DNA of 64,000 nucleotides from an uncultured cyanobacterium (GTDB lineage Bacteria; Cyanobacteriota; Cyanobacteriia; PCC-6307; Cyanobiaceae): NCBI GenBank assembly GCA_903917565.1, contig CAIXBB010000002.1, positions 45,818 to 109,817 of the forward strand, read 5' to 3'. Shown piece by piece: positions 52,663 to 64,000 of this stretch (position 1 is its first letter; each line of letters starts with the position of its first letter). The notes under the pieces were generated by a model. It saw only the letters and a program-made list of their open reading frames with translations, ran no database searches and was not told where the DNA came from. The position numbers and the translations under genes were made by a program.

Positions 52663-54798
52663 TCAGGCGTCGGTGGTGCCCCGCAGCAGGGAGGCGAACT
52701 CGTTGGCGGGCATGGCCCGGCCCATCAGGTGCCCCTGGAACTGGTCGCAGCCAAGGTTCTGCAGCATCCGCAGCTGCTCGCGGGTTTCCACCCCTTCGGC
52801 CAGGGTCATCAGCCCCAGTTCCTTGGCCATCACGATGGTGGCCTTGACGATGGCCAGGTCGGCATCGTCGTTGCCGAGGCGGTCGACGAAGAAGCGGTCG
52901 ATCTTGAGCTTGTCGAGGGGCAGGGAGTGGAGCATGGCCAGGGAGGAGTAGCCCGTGCCGAAGTCGTCGATCGCCAGGCTGAAACCGCTTTCGGCGAGCT
53001 GCCGCAGCTGTTCACCGGCGCGGTCGGGATCGTTCAGCAGGGCTGTTTCGGTGATCTCCAGTTCGAGATTTTCCGGGACCAGGTCGTAGCTCCGCAGGGC
53101 CCCGTCCAGCAACACCGACAGGGAGGGATGCTCCGCCCCCAGCTGCAGGGCCGAGATGTTGATCGCCAGCTTCCCTGGCCGGAGCCCCTGGCGATGCCAC
53201 TCGTGAAGCTGCCGGCAGGCCTCTTCGATCACCCAGAGGCCGATGGTATGGATCTGACCGGTCTTCTCCGCCAGCGGAACGAACACGTTCGGTGACACCA
53301 TCCGACCGCTCCGATCCCGCCAGCGCAACAGGGCCTCGGCCCCGGCGATCCGGCTGCCGCTCCGACCGATCTGGGGCTGGTAGTAGAGCCGCAGTTGCTC
53401 CCGATCGATCGCCCTGGCCAGGCCCAGCTCCAGCTCGAGGCGCTCGCGCAACTGAAGGCTGATCTCAGGGGTGTAGAAGCGCAGCTGGTTCTTGCCGTGT
53501 TGTTTGGCCTCCATCAGGGCCGTGTTGGCGCAGCGCAGGAGGGTGTCGGGGTCGAGGCCGTGGTCAGGGGCCAGGGCCACCCCCAGCGAAGCGCTGGGCT
53601 GGACCGCCAGCCCGGTCCCCATCCCGGGGGTGTTGCCGAGGGTGCGGCGGATTTCCTCAGCCCAACGCAGGGCCTGGTCCCGGTCGGCCGAGGCCATGGG
53701 CCGCAACAGGATGAATTCGTCACTGCCGACCCGGGCAAGCCAGTCGTCCGGCCGCATCAGGTGGCGCAGGCAGGTGCCACTGGGCTGGAGAACCTGGTTG
53801 CCGATCTCATGGCCCAGGCTGTTGTTGATCGACTGGAAATTGTCGAGGTCGAGGTTGATCAGGGCGATGCTGTGGTCCTTGCCGGCGATGCGCAGCAGGC
53901 GGGCCAGGTGGCGGACGGCGGCCGCCTTGTTGGGCAGCCTGGTGAGGGGATCGACGAAGGCGATGCGCTCCAGCCGCTGCTGGATCTCGTGCTGTTCGCT
54001 GATGTCCTGAACGGTTCCCACCGTGGACAGCGGCTCCCCGTCATCGCCCAGGGTGGTGCGGCCCCGCTCCAGCACCACCTTGAGCAGGCCACTGCCGAGC
54101 AACAGCCGATGCTCGATCCGGTAGGGCCGGCCCGAGCGGAAGGCGTCCTGGAAGGTGGCATCCACCATGGGACGATCCTCCGGATGCACCTTCCTCAGGA
54201 ACACCTCGTAGGACGGCGCTGTCAGCTCCGGGGTGGTATTGAAGATGCTGTAGGCCTCGTTCGACCAGAGCAGTTCTCCGGTGCGGTGGTTCAACTCCCA
54301 GCTGCCCACGTGGGTGAGTCGCTCGGCTTCCTGCAGCAGCGAGCCCAACCGGGAGCTTTCCCGCAGCGCGGTGTCCAGTTCGGTGCGGTCGCGGTGGCTC
54401 ACGAGGGCCACCAGCCGGCCATGCAACTCCAGCACCTGATAACTCACGGACACATCCCGGCAGGTGCCGGTACGGGCCCGGTGGCGGGTGGCGAAGCTGC
54501 CCCTGGGCTGTTGCCGCATCACCCGCAGCTGATCGTGCATCAGGTCGTCGGCCAGGTCCCCATCCGCCTGAATCGCGGCTGGATTCAATGTGAGGAAGTG
54601 GTCCCGTTCGTAGCCAAGACGTTCGTGGGCGGAACGGTTGCAATCGATGAAATGGCCACTGGCGAGATCAAGGACGACGAGATCATCGCTACCCAGATCA
54701 GCGGCAAAACGCAGCGCATCGCCGATGCTCTCGACGCAAGGAATCAGACCCTGTTCTGCCGGGGTGCTGAACCAGAAAGATTGCACTGATGCTTCCAT
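52663..54798 (-). CDS. PAS/PAS-GGDEF-EAL cyclic-di-GMP signalling protein
   Basis: 711 aa. Two PAS-like regions, a GGDEF domain with a degenerate GSDEF site (ARVGSDEFILL), and an EAL domain (GAEALLRW...ELEITET...DDFGTGYSSL). Confidence 0.9.
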   Translation of the reverse strand: MEASVQSFWFSTPAEQGLIPCVESIGDALRFAADLGSDDLVVLDLASGHFIDCNRSAHERLGYERDHFLTLNPAAIQADGDLADDLMHDQLRVMRQQPRGSFATRHRARTGTCRDVSVSYQVLELHGRLVALVSHRDRTELDTALRESSRLGSLLQEAERLTHVGSWELNHRTGELLWSNEAYSIFNTTPELTAPSYEVFLRKVHPEDRPMVDATFQDAFRSGRPYRIEHRLLLGSGLLKVVLERGRTTLGDDGEPLSTVGTVQDISEQHEIQQRLERIAFVDPLTRLPNKAAAVRHLARLLRIAGKDHSIALINLDLDNFQSINNSLGHEIGNQVLQPSGTCLRHLMRPDDWLARVGSDEFILLRPMASADRDQALRWAEEIRRTLGNTPGMGTGLAVQPSASLGVALAPDHGLDPDTLLRCANTALMEAKQHGKNQLRFYTPEISLQLRERLELELGLARAIDREQLRLYYQPQIGRSGSRIAGAEALLRWRDRSGRMVSPNVFVPLAEKTGQIHTIGLWVIEEACRQLHEWHRQGLRPGKLAINISALQLGAEHPSLSVLLDGALRSYDLVPENLELEITETALLNDPDRAGEQLRQLAESGFSLAIDDFGTGYSSLAMLHSLPLDKLKIDRFFVDRLGNDDADLAIVKATIVMAKELGLMTLAEGVETREQLRMLQNLGCDQFQGHLMGRAMPANEFASLLRGTTDA

Positions 54799-55020
54799 TC
54801 ACCAGGAATTTTAGGCATCGTTTTCGGTGCTGACCAGGATGGGGAAAGAAAATCCCTTCCCCCCAAAAAAGCGATTCGAGATAACTTCAGAGCTCCTGAG
54901 AATGGGACTGGGAACGTGCCCTCAGCCTGGATAAAGAGTGAAGGGAAGAGAAGAATTCGAGGTCGCTGATCAACCACCCCGGCTCTGATTTCGGTGCTTA
55001 CTCGCTCCTCGCGCACCCGT

Positions 55021-57111
55021 TCAATCGATCCTCAGGTCGATGGTGTGGTCGCTGGGGCGCTGGCGTCCGTGCCAGGCGGGCGCTGCGGGAACAGGCCCCG
55101 GCAACGGCACCGGTTCGAACCGGTGGCCATTCGGGTGCAGGCGGAAGCCAACATCCCCACCGGGGGTGAGCAGCACGAGCTCCAGAGGCATGTGCGGAGC
55201 GATTGCCGGATGCAGGCACGGGTAAAGCCGCTGGAAGCGGAAGCGCACTGCCAGCACCTGGGACGCCCCCTCCTCGGTGCGTTCCAGCGGCAGGGGCCGG
55301 CCATTGACCAGCAACTGGCAGTCACGGCGGAACGCCGGGTTGGCCACCACCTCGAAGCGGCGCAGGGAGCCGTCAATGAACCGGCTGGTGAAGCCGCCCT
55401 GCACCGGGGTGTCGCAGATCAGGGGCCAGGGCTCGGGGGCGGGCCGCAGTTCCAGGGCCGGTGCCGCGTCGGTGGAGCCAGACTCCCCCTGCCAGCACAG
55501 CAGGGGCGGGAAGCGCCACTCCCAGATGGCCCGGAACGGGGCCGGATCGAGAGCCAGCCCATCCGCTGCCAGATCGGTCAGGATGCCCTCCAGGTCTGCC
55601 CAGAGCTGGCTGGGCAGCAGCTGGCGGTCGTGGAGGGTCGAGCCCCAGTCATGCAGCCGGGTGGGGCGGTGACGGGGCTCCAGCAGGTGGGCCGCCAGGG
55701 CCGTCCAGAGCAGGGCGATGGTGCTGCTCCACGCCATGTTGGGCAGACTTTCCAGGGCCCGGAATTCCACCAGACCCAGGCAGCCGGCCGGGGCCCCGGG
55801 GTTCCAGAACTTGTCGAAGCTGATCTCGCTGCGGTGGTTGTTGCCGCTGCGGTCGGCGTGGAGGTGGCGCAGCGTTTCGCCGATCAGGCCCCGACAGTCG
55901 CCGAAGGGTTCGCCCGAGGGCTGGCCCTCAGCCTGCTCGATGGCGCGGTAAGCCAGCTCCAGGTCGAAGCATTCGCCGATCGCCTCGTCCGGCCGTGGCG
56001 ACTGGGACGCGGGGCCCACACCGGGGCCGCAGAACAGGTAGGCCAGCGCCGGGTGCCATTGCCAGTAGCGCAGGATTCCCGTGAGCCAGGCCGGCCGTGA
56101 GAAGAAGGGATGGTGGGCCAGGTCGGGACCGCCCCAGAGCAGGTGGTTGCCGCCGCCGGTTCCCTCCTGGCGGCCATCGGGAAGGGCCTTCCAGCTGCGC
56201 AGTCCGACGCGCTCGCCGACCTCCTCCAGCTGCTGCAGCCACTGGTGGTACTCCAGCCAGCTGTGGCAGACGGGCAGGTTGATCTCCAGCACACCCGGAT
56301 CAGCCGTCAGGCCCAGCACCTGCCAACGCTCGCCAGCATCGAAGGGGAGCACACCGCTGAGCCTGGGCGCCGCCAGGTCGCCCAGGCTGTCGGCCACCGC
56401 CTGCAGCAACAGGCGCAACGGTTCGCGCTCAAGGGGCGGCAGGAACAGTTCCCAGCCATCGGGATCGATCTCCAGGGTGAGCACCTGGCGGGGCAGGTCC
56501 TCGGGCAGGTGCTCCAGGGGCAGGCGCAGGCCGGCCGGCCCGGGGGCACCGGTCAGCTCCCTCAGGCCTTCGGCCAGGGGCCAGGGCGCCACCATCCAGT
56601 CCACCGGCGCCGGCTCCGCGGACGTCTCCTCGGATGGAGCGACACTCAAGGGAGCGGCCCAGGCCCGCCGGTCGGGATCAAGGGGATCCCGCAGGAGCAA
56701 GGGCTGGAGGGTGATACCCAGGAGCCCGCCCAGGCTCTCCAGCCAGGCCGGACCCTCGCTGGCCTGCAGCGGTGAGCCTTCCAGGCCGGGCTGGCAGAGG
56801 CCAGGCCAGCGGATCGGTGGGGTGCCGTCGTCGCCGATGATCAGGCGAAGGGCCCAGCGGGGATTGACCTCGCCGTCGTATCGCTTGCCGGGGCAGTAGA
56901 GGAGCGTGCTGCCACGCCAGATGCGTTGCTGCAGATCCCTGGCCATGGCCCTGGCGATGGGGAGCTTGGTGGGGCCGTCGGCGGTGACGCTCCACTCCGG
57001 CCCTTCCGGTTCGAGGGGCACCAGGGTGGGCTCACCGCCGAGGGTGAGCTGGATGCCGGCGGCGCGCAGGCGGAACTCGGCCGCCTCGGCCACCCTTTCC
57101 ATCCAGCTCAT
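55021..57111 (-). CDS. DUF2126-type protein (C-terminal module of large transglutaminase-family proteins, here free-standing)
   Basis: 696 aa. N-terminal IQLTLGGEPTLVP matches the start of the DUF2126 region as I remember it. Linked to the ATP-grasp/alpha-E/transglutaminase cluster upstream. Confidence 0.7.
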   Translation of the reverse strand: MSWMERVAEAAEFRLRAAGIQLTLGGEPTLVPLEPEGPEWSVTADGPTKLPIARAMARDLQQRIWRGSTLLYCPGKRYDGEVNPRWALRLIIGDDGTPPIRWPGLCQPGLEGSPLQASEGPAWLESLGGLLGITLQPLLLRDPLDPDRRAWAAPLSVAPSEETSAEPAPVDWMVAPWPLAEGLRELTGAPGPAGLRLPLEHLPEDLPRQVLTLEIDPDGWELFLPPLEREPLRLLLQAVADSLGDLAAPRLSGVLPFDAGERWQVLGLTADPGVLEINLPVCHSWLEYHQWLQQLEEVGERVGLRSWKALPDGRQEGTGGGNHLLWGGPDLAHHPFFSRPAWLTGILRYWQWHPALAYLFCGPGVGPASQSPRPDEAIGECFDLELAYRAIEQAEGQPSGEPFGDCRGLIGETLRHLHADRSGNNHRSEISFDKFWNPGAPAGCLGLVEFRALESLPNMAWSSTIALLWTALAAHLLEPRHRPTRLHDWGSTLHDRQLLPSQLWADLEGILTDLAADGLALDPAPFRAIWEWRFPPLLCWQGESGSTDAAPALELRPAPEPWPLICDTPVQGGFTSRFIDGSLRRFEVVANPAFRRDCQLLVNGRPLPLERTEEGASQVLAVRFRFQRLYPCLHPAIAPHMPLELVLLTPGGDVGFRLHPNGHRFEPVPLPGPVPAAPAWHGRQRPSDHTIDLRID

Positions 57112-57141
57112 GCGGGCCAGCTCATGCGGGTTGACGAAGGC

Positions 57142-59568
<2,427 letters not shown>

Positions 59569-59674
59569 GGGGGAAAGGCCGTGGTTGCCGAAGTACAACC
59601 AGTCCTGGCCTGGGGAGTGCCGCTGCCGCTGCACCATCGGATACAGGCGGGCGCACCTTAAGAGTGGCTTCGCT

Positions 59675-60574
59675 TCAGCGCTGCAGCACCCCATGCCAGG
59701 AAGCGTCCTTGGGAGCGGGCTCCAGCAGCTCCGCCGCGATGCTCCAGTCCAGCTCGCTTTCCACCCCCGAGGGGCCCGAGAAGCTGCCGTTCACCGCCGC
59801 CGTGAGGGTGGGCTTGGAGGAGGTGGCCAGGGTGATGTAGCGGTCGTCGATGCTGCCCTTGCCACTGGGGTCGAAGCCCCGCCAGCCCGCACCGGGCAGG
59901 TAGACCTCCGCCCAGGCATGCAGGTCGTACTGCTTCGGCGGCGGCTCCACCAGGTGGTAGCCGCTCACAAACCGGGACGGCAGGCCGGCGCAGCGGCAGG
60001 TCTCGATCATCAGCATCGCCAGGTCACGGCAGGAGCCGACCCGCTCCTTGAGGGTGCGGCCCGCCGGCCAGGCCGGCCCCACGTGCCGCTGGGTGTACTT
60101 GACCCTGTCCTTGATGATCTCCACAAGTTGCTCGAGGAACATCAGCCCGCGCTGGTCGCTCCCCATCAGCGCTTCCTGGGCCAGATCCACCGCGGCGGGG
60201 TCGTGCTGGCCATTGGGCAGCCACCCCCCCAGGGAGCCCAGCAGATCGCCGTTGAGATGACCCACCGGGTAGGGGAGCAGGGGCTCCTGGTCCTCCAGGC
60301 AGGTGGCCAGGGCCGGGGGCGGCTGGGTCTCCACATCGCTGATCGCCCGCACCCGGAAGTTCTCGGTGCTGCCCTCGAAGCGGGCCCGCAGGATCTCATC
60401 GCCACTGGCGGCCACCAGCGGATAGAGAAGGGACGGTTCAGGGCTGATGGCCAGGTGGAAATGGAGCAGACGCTGGAAGCCATGGCCCCGGGGCTTCAGG
60501 CAGAAACGGTGGGGCCCAAGGAAGACTGGAGCGCTGTAGCGGTAGTTGAAGGTGTGGGTCAGGCGGGCTCGCAT
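59675..60574 (-). CDS. transglutaminase-family protein (Cys-His-Asp peptidase-like core)
   Basis: 299 aa. N-terminal MRARLTHTFNYRY (Bact_transglu_N type). Core GSCRDLAMLMIETCRCAGLPSRFVSGY...HAWAEVYLPGAGWRGFDPS. Confidence 0.85.
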   Translation of the reverse strand: MRARLTHTFNYRYSAPVFLGPHRFCLKPRGHGFQRLLHFHLAISPEPSLLYPLVAASGDEILRARFEGSTENFRVRAISDVETQPPPALATCLEDQEPLLPYPVGHLNGDLLGSLGGWLPNGQHDPAAVDLAQEALMGSDQRGLMFLEQLVEIIKDRVKYTQRHVGPAWPAGRTLKERVGSCRDLAMLMIETCRCAGLPSRFVSGYHLVEPPPKQYDLHAWAEVYLPGAGWRGFDPSGKGSIDDRYITLATSSKPTLTAAVNGSFSGPSGVESELDWSIAAELLEPAPKDASWHGVLQR

Positions 60575-61539
60575 GCCACCTCTTGAGTGGAGGTGCTGCT
60601 CGGGGGAGCGATGAAGTAACGCGCTTCGACCAGCTCGTGCAGGCGATTCAGATCCGACTGGAAATGGTCGATGGCCTCATGCAGCCCGGTGGCGACCAGT
60701 TCGTCGATCCTGGTGAAACTCCAGTGGGCCAGCGTGAGCCCGATCAGGCACTCCAGGTCATCCGCTGGCCGCGGCACCGAGCTGCCGCGAATGATCCGCA
60801 GCGTGTCGCTGATCCGCTCCAGGCAGTAGCGGACCGATCGGGGAAAGATCGGATCCAGCAGCAGGAAAGCGGCCACGGCCTTGGGTTCGATCGCCTGCTG
60901 ACTCGACTGCCGGAACATCTGGTAGGCGCCCGCCGAGCGCAGCAGGGAGATCCACTGCAGCTCATCGAGCACCCCGCCCACTTCCTCAGGGGAAGGGAGC
61001 AGGAGGAAGTACTTCACGTCCAGGATCCGGGTGGTCTTGTCGGCCCGCTCCAGCAGCCGCCCCAGGCGACTGAACTGCCAGGAGAGGTCGCGGCTGAGGG
61101 TGGCGTCGGTGATCCCGTAGAAGAGCTGGCAGGCGCGTCGGATCTCCCGCAGCTGCTCCTGGGGTGGCTGTTGCCAGAAGGCCTCCTCCTGCAGTGTCCA
61201 GTAGATGTCGTTGATCTGCTCCCACATCTCCGTGGTGATCACTTCCCGGATCTGCCGTGCGTTCTCCCGGGCATTGCCGATGCAGTTGAGAACGCTGCTG
61301 GGGTTGTCGGCCTCCCGCACCAGGAAATGGATCACGGCCTCGGGGGTGACCACCGGGCAGAGCTCATCGAAGAGCTTGCGGTCGCCGCTGGCCTCGATCA
61401 GGGGAAGCCAGGGTTCGGCGCTGCCGGGGGGGCAGTCGAGGGCCATGGCCTCGCTCACCTCCACGAAGCGGGAGATGTTCTCGGCCCTTTCGACGTTGCG
61501 GTTGATCCAGTAGAGGGAGTCGGCGACGCGGCTCAGCAT
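60559..61539 (-). CDS. alpha-E domain protein (DUF403)
   Basis: 326 aa. MLSRVADSLYWINRNVERAENISRF is the canonical alpha-E N-terminus. Overlaps both neighbours. Confidence 0.8.
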   Translation of the reverse strand: MLSRVADSLYWINRNVERAENISRFVEVSEAMALDCPPGSAEPWLPLIEASGDRKLFDELCPVVTPEAVIHFLVREADNPSSVLNCIGNARENARQIREVITTEMWEQINDIYWTLQEEAFWQQPPQEQLREIRRACQLFYGITDATLSRDLSWQFSRLGRLLERADKTTRILDVKYFLLLPSPEEVGGVLDELQWISLLRSAGAYQMFRQSSQQAIEPKAVAAFLLLDPIFPRSVRYCLERISDTLRIIRGSSVPRPADDLECLIGLTLAHWSFTRIDELVATGLHEAIDHFQSDLNRLHELVEARYFIAPPSSTSTQEVACEPA

Positions 61540-62972
61540 GGGGCTTCATCCACGATCCAGGTGTCCTTGCAGCCGCCCCCCTGGGAGGAATTCACCACCA
61601 GGGAACCGCGCCGAAGAGCCACGCGGGTGAGCCCACCGGGGCTCACCCAGGCCTCCTTGCCCCGCAGCACGTAGGGCCGCAGATCCACGTGGCAGGGATA
61701 GAGCTCCCCTTCACTCAGGGAGGGCACGGTCGAGAGTTCCAGGGTCGGCTGGGCGATGTAGTTACGGGGATCCGCCTGGATCTTGACGGCGAACTCGTCG
61801 ATCTCCGACTGGCTCGCATGGGGGCCGATCAGCATGCCGTATCCCCCGGCTTCCGCCACCGCCTTCACCACCAGCTCCCCGAGGTGCTCCAGCACATAGG
61901 CCTGGTCGTCGGGCCTCGAACAGATGTAGGTGGGCACGTTCTCGATGATCGGCTCCTCATCCAGGTAGTAGCGAATCATCTTGCCCACATAGGCATAGAT
62001 GAGCTTGTCGTCGGCCACGCCGGTGCCCGGGGCATTGGCGATGGCCACGCGGCCTGCGGCGTAGGCCCCCATCAGGCCCCTCACCCCCAGGAGGGAATCA
62101 CTGCGAAACACGGCCGGGTCGAGGAAGTCGTCGTCGATGCGGCGGTAGATCACATCGACAGCCTCAAGGCCGGCGGTGCTGCGCATCCACACCCGATCCC
62201 CTTCGCAGACCAGGTCCCGCCCCTCCACCAGCTGGATCCCCATCTGCTGGGCGAGATAGCTGTGCTCGAAGTAGGCGCTGTTGAACACCCCGGGGGTGAG
62301 CAGCACCACCTTGGGGGTGTCGGTCCAGGGGGCCAGCTCCCGCAGGGTCTGCAGCAGGTGGGAGGGGTAGTCGTCGATGGGCTGCACCGTACGGCCGGCG
62401 AACAGGCTCGGGAACATGCGTTTCATCACCCGCCGGTTCTCGAGGAAGTAGGCCACCCCCGAGGGGCAGCGAAGATTGTCCTCCAGCACCCGCCAGGTGC
62501 CGTCGCTGTCGCGCACCAGATCAAGGCCGGAGATGTGGCACCAGCGGCCGAGGGGCGGCTGGAAGCCCTGCATCTGGGGCCGCCATCCCTGGGAGCTTTC
62601 CACGTCGGCCCTGGGGACCACGCCGTCGGCCAGGATCTTCTGATCGCCGTAGACGTCGGCCAGGAACCGGTCGATCGCCTCCAGCCGCTGGATGAGGCCC
62701 CGCTCCAGCCGAACCCATTCCTTCGCCGCGATCAGGCGGGGGAGAGGATCGAAGGGGAGGATTCTCTCCACGCCCTTGCTGCCGGAATCGTTGAGGCGGA
62801 AGGTGGCTCCGAGCCGCTTCAGCAGCATGCCGGCGGCCACATGGTTGCGGTTCAGCTGGTCGAGCCCCATCTGGCCCAGGGAGGACAACAGCGGCTCCAG
62901 GGCCGCACGGGGCTGGTCGGTGGAACTGAAGTACTCGTCGTACCCCTGGTTTGGTTTGTACTCAGTGAACAT
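61533..62972 (-). CDS. circularly permuted type-2 ATP-grasp protein
   Basis: 479 aa. Family recognised from ...RLERGLIQRLEAIDRFLADVYG...LRCPSGVAYFLENR...FEHSYLAQQMGIQLVEGRDL. Conserved gene order with the alpha-E and transglutaminase genes. Confidence 0.85.
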   Translation of the reverse strand: MFTEYKPNQGYDEYFSSTDQPRAALEPLLSSLGQMGLDQLNRNHVAAGMLLKRLGATFRLNDSGSKGVERILPFDPLPRLIAAKEWVRLERGLIQRLEAIDRFLADVYGDQKILADGVVPRADVESSQGWRPQMQGFQPPLGRWCHISGLDLVRDSDGTWRVLEDNLRCPSGVAYFLENRRVMKRMFPSLFAGRTVQPIDDYPSHLLQTLRELAPWTDTPKVVLLTPGVFNSAYFEHSYLAQQMGIQLVEGRDLVCEGDRVWMRSTAGLEAVDVIYRRIDDDFLDPAVFRSDSLLGVRGLMGAYAAGRVAIANAPGTGVADDKLIYAYVGKMIRYYLDEEPIIENVPTYICSRPDDQAYVLEHLGELVVKAVAEAGGYGMLIGPHASQSEIDEFAVKIQADPRNYIAQPTLELSTVPSLSEGELYPCHVDLRPYVLRGKEAWVSPGGLTRVALRRGSLVVNSSQGGGCKDTWIVDEAPC

Positions 62973-63158
62973 TCCAGCTCCGGCCGCGCGGTTGGATCCT
63001 GCAGTGCCGCAGGGGGCTCACCCGTTGCCGTTGTTACGAAATCGGGGGGGTAGGTGGGGGTAGGGCCGATTAAAAAGCATTTTCGCCTACCAATTCATAA
63101 GAAATGTCTTCGCCCTGGCGCGGGCGCGTCAAGGTGGGGGAAGCGGGGAGTTTCACGC

Positions 63159-63632
63159 ATGCCGATCATGGAGACCACACCCCTGTCTGCGAAGGCCGCT
63201 TTCAAATCGGCCACCCACCTCCAGGCCGAGGACAACACCTGTCTTCATGAGGAGCACAGGCTCTATGCACGTCGTTCCGTTGAAAGTTGCCGCCCGGTCG
63301 CCATCCGGCGGCTGGATGCCGACAGGCAGCCCTGCGGCCTCTGGTTTCTCTCCGACATCATGGACGTGAGCGAGGGTGGGATGTGTCTGCTCGCCTCCGA
63401 CGATCACGCCGTGGAGGTGGGCCAGTGGCTGCTGATCGATCTGCGCAACCATCCCAGCTTCGGCCAGCTCCGCATCAAGGCCCAGCTTCGCTGGTTCGTC
63501 ATGGCCCACTTTGCCCTCATCTTCGGTGTGGCCTTCGAAGCGCCCCTGGCCAAGATTCCTAACCTTGCAGTGGAGCGCCGCAGCATCCGCCGGGATCCGA
63601 ACCTGGAGGAGTGGGCTCTCAATGGTGACTAG
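63159..63632 (+). CDS. PilZ-domain protein (c-di-GMP receptor candidate)
   Basis: I call the start at 63159 (MPIMETTPL...). RRxxxR-like YARRSVESCR and D-x-S-x-GG motif MDVSEGGMCLL. Confidence 0.6.
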   Translation: MPIMETTPLSAKAAFKSATHLQAEDNTCLHEEHRLYARRSVESCRPVAIRRLDADRQPCGLWFLSDIMDVSEGGMCLLASDDHAVEVGQWLLIDLRNHPSFGQLRIKAQLRWFVMAHFALIFGVAFEAPLAKIPNLAVERRSIRRDPNLEEWALNGD

Positions 63633-63765
63633 GAAGCGCCAAAGCCACAACGCCTGATGGCTGCTTGCGCTTCCACGCCCCCCAGCCCCCCCATGGCCCT
63701 GCAGCGCCCGATGCTGTTGTCCCTGCGGAATGGTGGTAGTGTGCGCGGAGTGAGAATTATCAGAA

Positions 63766-64000
63766 ATGTCTGGCCTGCCGCGCAGTTCCCTCGTTGTGGG
63801 TTCCCTTTTGGCAGCGGTCGGGGGGCTCAGCTCCTCCCCAGCCCACGCCATCGGCTCCACCTTCACCTTCAAGCTCAACAATGGCACCGCCACGCCGTCC
63901 ACCCCCCTGGCTTCGGCGAGCAAGAGTTTCACGGCCAGTGCAGGCGGAAGCTCCCTCAACCTCGTTTTCCAGAATGCGCTTCGCCCCAACGGCAATGCCA
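63766..64000 (+). CDS. 5' fragment of a secreted protein; continues off the right edge
   Basis: ATG at 63766. My own translation is MSGLPRSSLVVGSLLAAVGGLSSSPAHAIGSTFTFKLNNGTATPS... (signal peptide with an AHA cleavage site). It stays open to the window end and is not in the ORF track because no stop is reached. Confidence 0.45.
   Translation, partial: MSGLPRSSLVVGSLLAAVGGLSSSPAHAIGSTFTFKLNNGTATPSTPLASASKSFTASAGGSSLNLVFQNALRPNGNA

Noticed and set aside
54985-55000. The recurrent short motif GCTTACTC (51883, 54991, 21913) considered as a shared regulatory element.
   Set aside because: An 8-mer is expected about twice by chance in 64 kb on two strands. The contexts are unrelated.

Overview
This is a high-GC bacterial chromosomal window with about 55 supportable genes. 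Gene content (KatG, GlgP, a NarM-like nitrate-reductase-associated protein, MoaA/MobA, a SulP transporter) is compatible with a picocyanobacterium-like genome, but that taxonomic call is inference only.

The dominant accessory element is a ~30 kb contractile injection system locus on the minus strand (3232-33176), of the phage-tail-like Afp/PVC eCIS type, with most gene junctions overlapping or only a few nt apart. In transcription order it encodes:
- an 879-aa sheath and a gp19-like tube;
- two small conserved proteins, a DUF4255 cap-like protein and an AAA+ ATPase;
- a cargo island;
- a tube-like protein, a LysM protein, a gpD-like hub, a VgrG-like spike, a PAAR-like tip and gp25;
- two gpJ-like proteins and a gpI-like protein;
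- a 1079-aa beta-helix protein and a LysM/coiled-coil protein;
- a terminal 2-TM membrane protein plus a GH24 lysozyme / L,D-transpeptidase fusion.

No capsid, portal, terminase, integrase or replication genes are present.

Embedded in the operon is a visibly lower-GC island (about 20290-25002). It carries an 841-aa DUF4157/HExxH effector with a 5 x 51-nt tandem repeat, a coiled coil and a C-terminal PD-(D/E)xK-like module. Next to it are a 175-aa candidate immunity gene, a decayed peptidoglycan hydrolase and a decayed second copy of the tube-like gene. This looks like the scar of a cargo-cassette exchange.

Other points worth a second look:
- a triplicated ~105-aa insertion module in the sheath;
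- a Tat-exported His-rich beta-propeller protein (NosZ-N-terminal / thiocyanate-dehydrogenase-like, no CuA domain), operonic with an FtsX-type permease and an ABC ATPase fused to a TM helix and an extracytoplasmic domain;
- a VOC-family gene interrupted by an in-frame TAG;
- a circularly permuted ATP-grasp / alpha-E / transglutaminase cluster separated from its DUF2126 partner by glgP.

The rest is ordinary: SulP, an esterase, KatG, an ECF sigma/YciI pair, glutaredoxin, a YdeP-like molybdoenzyme with moaA/mobA, a TetR-EmrAB-like efflux set, a PAS-GGDEF-EAL protein and a PilZ protein.

All family calls come from motif recognition by eye. No searches were run.
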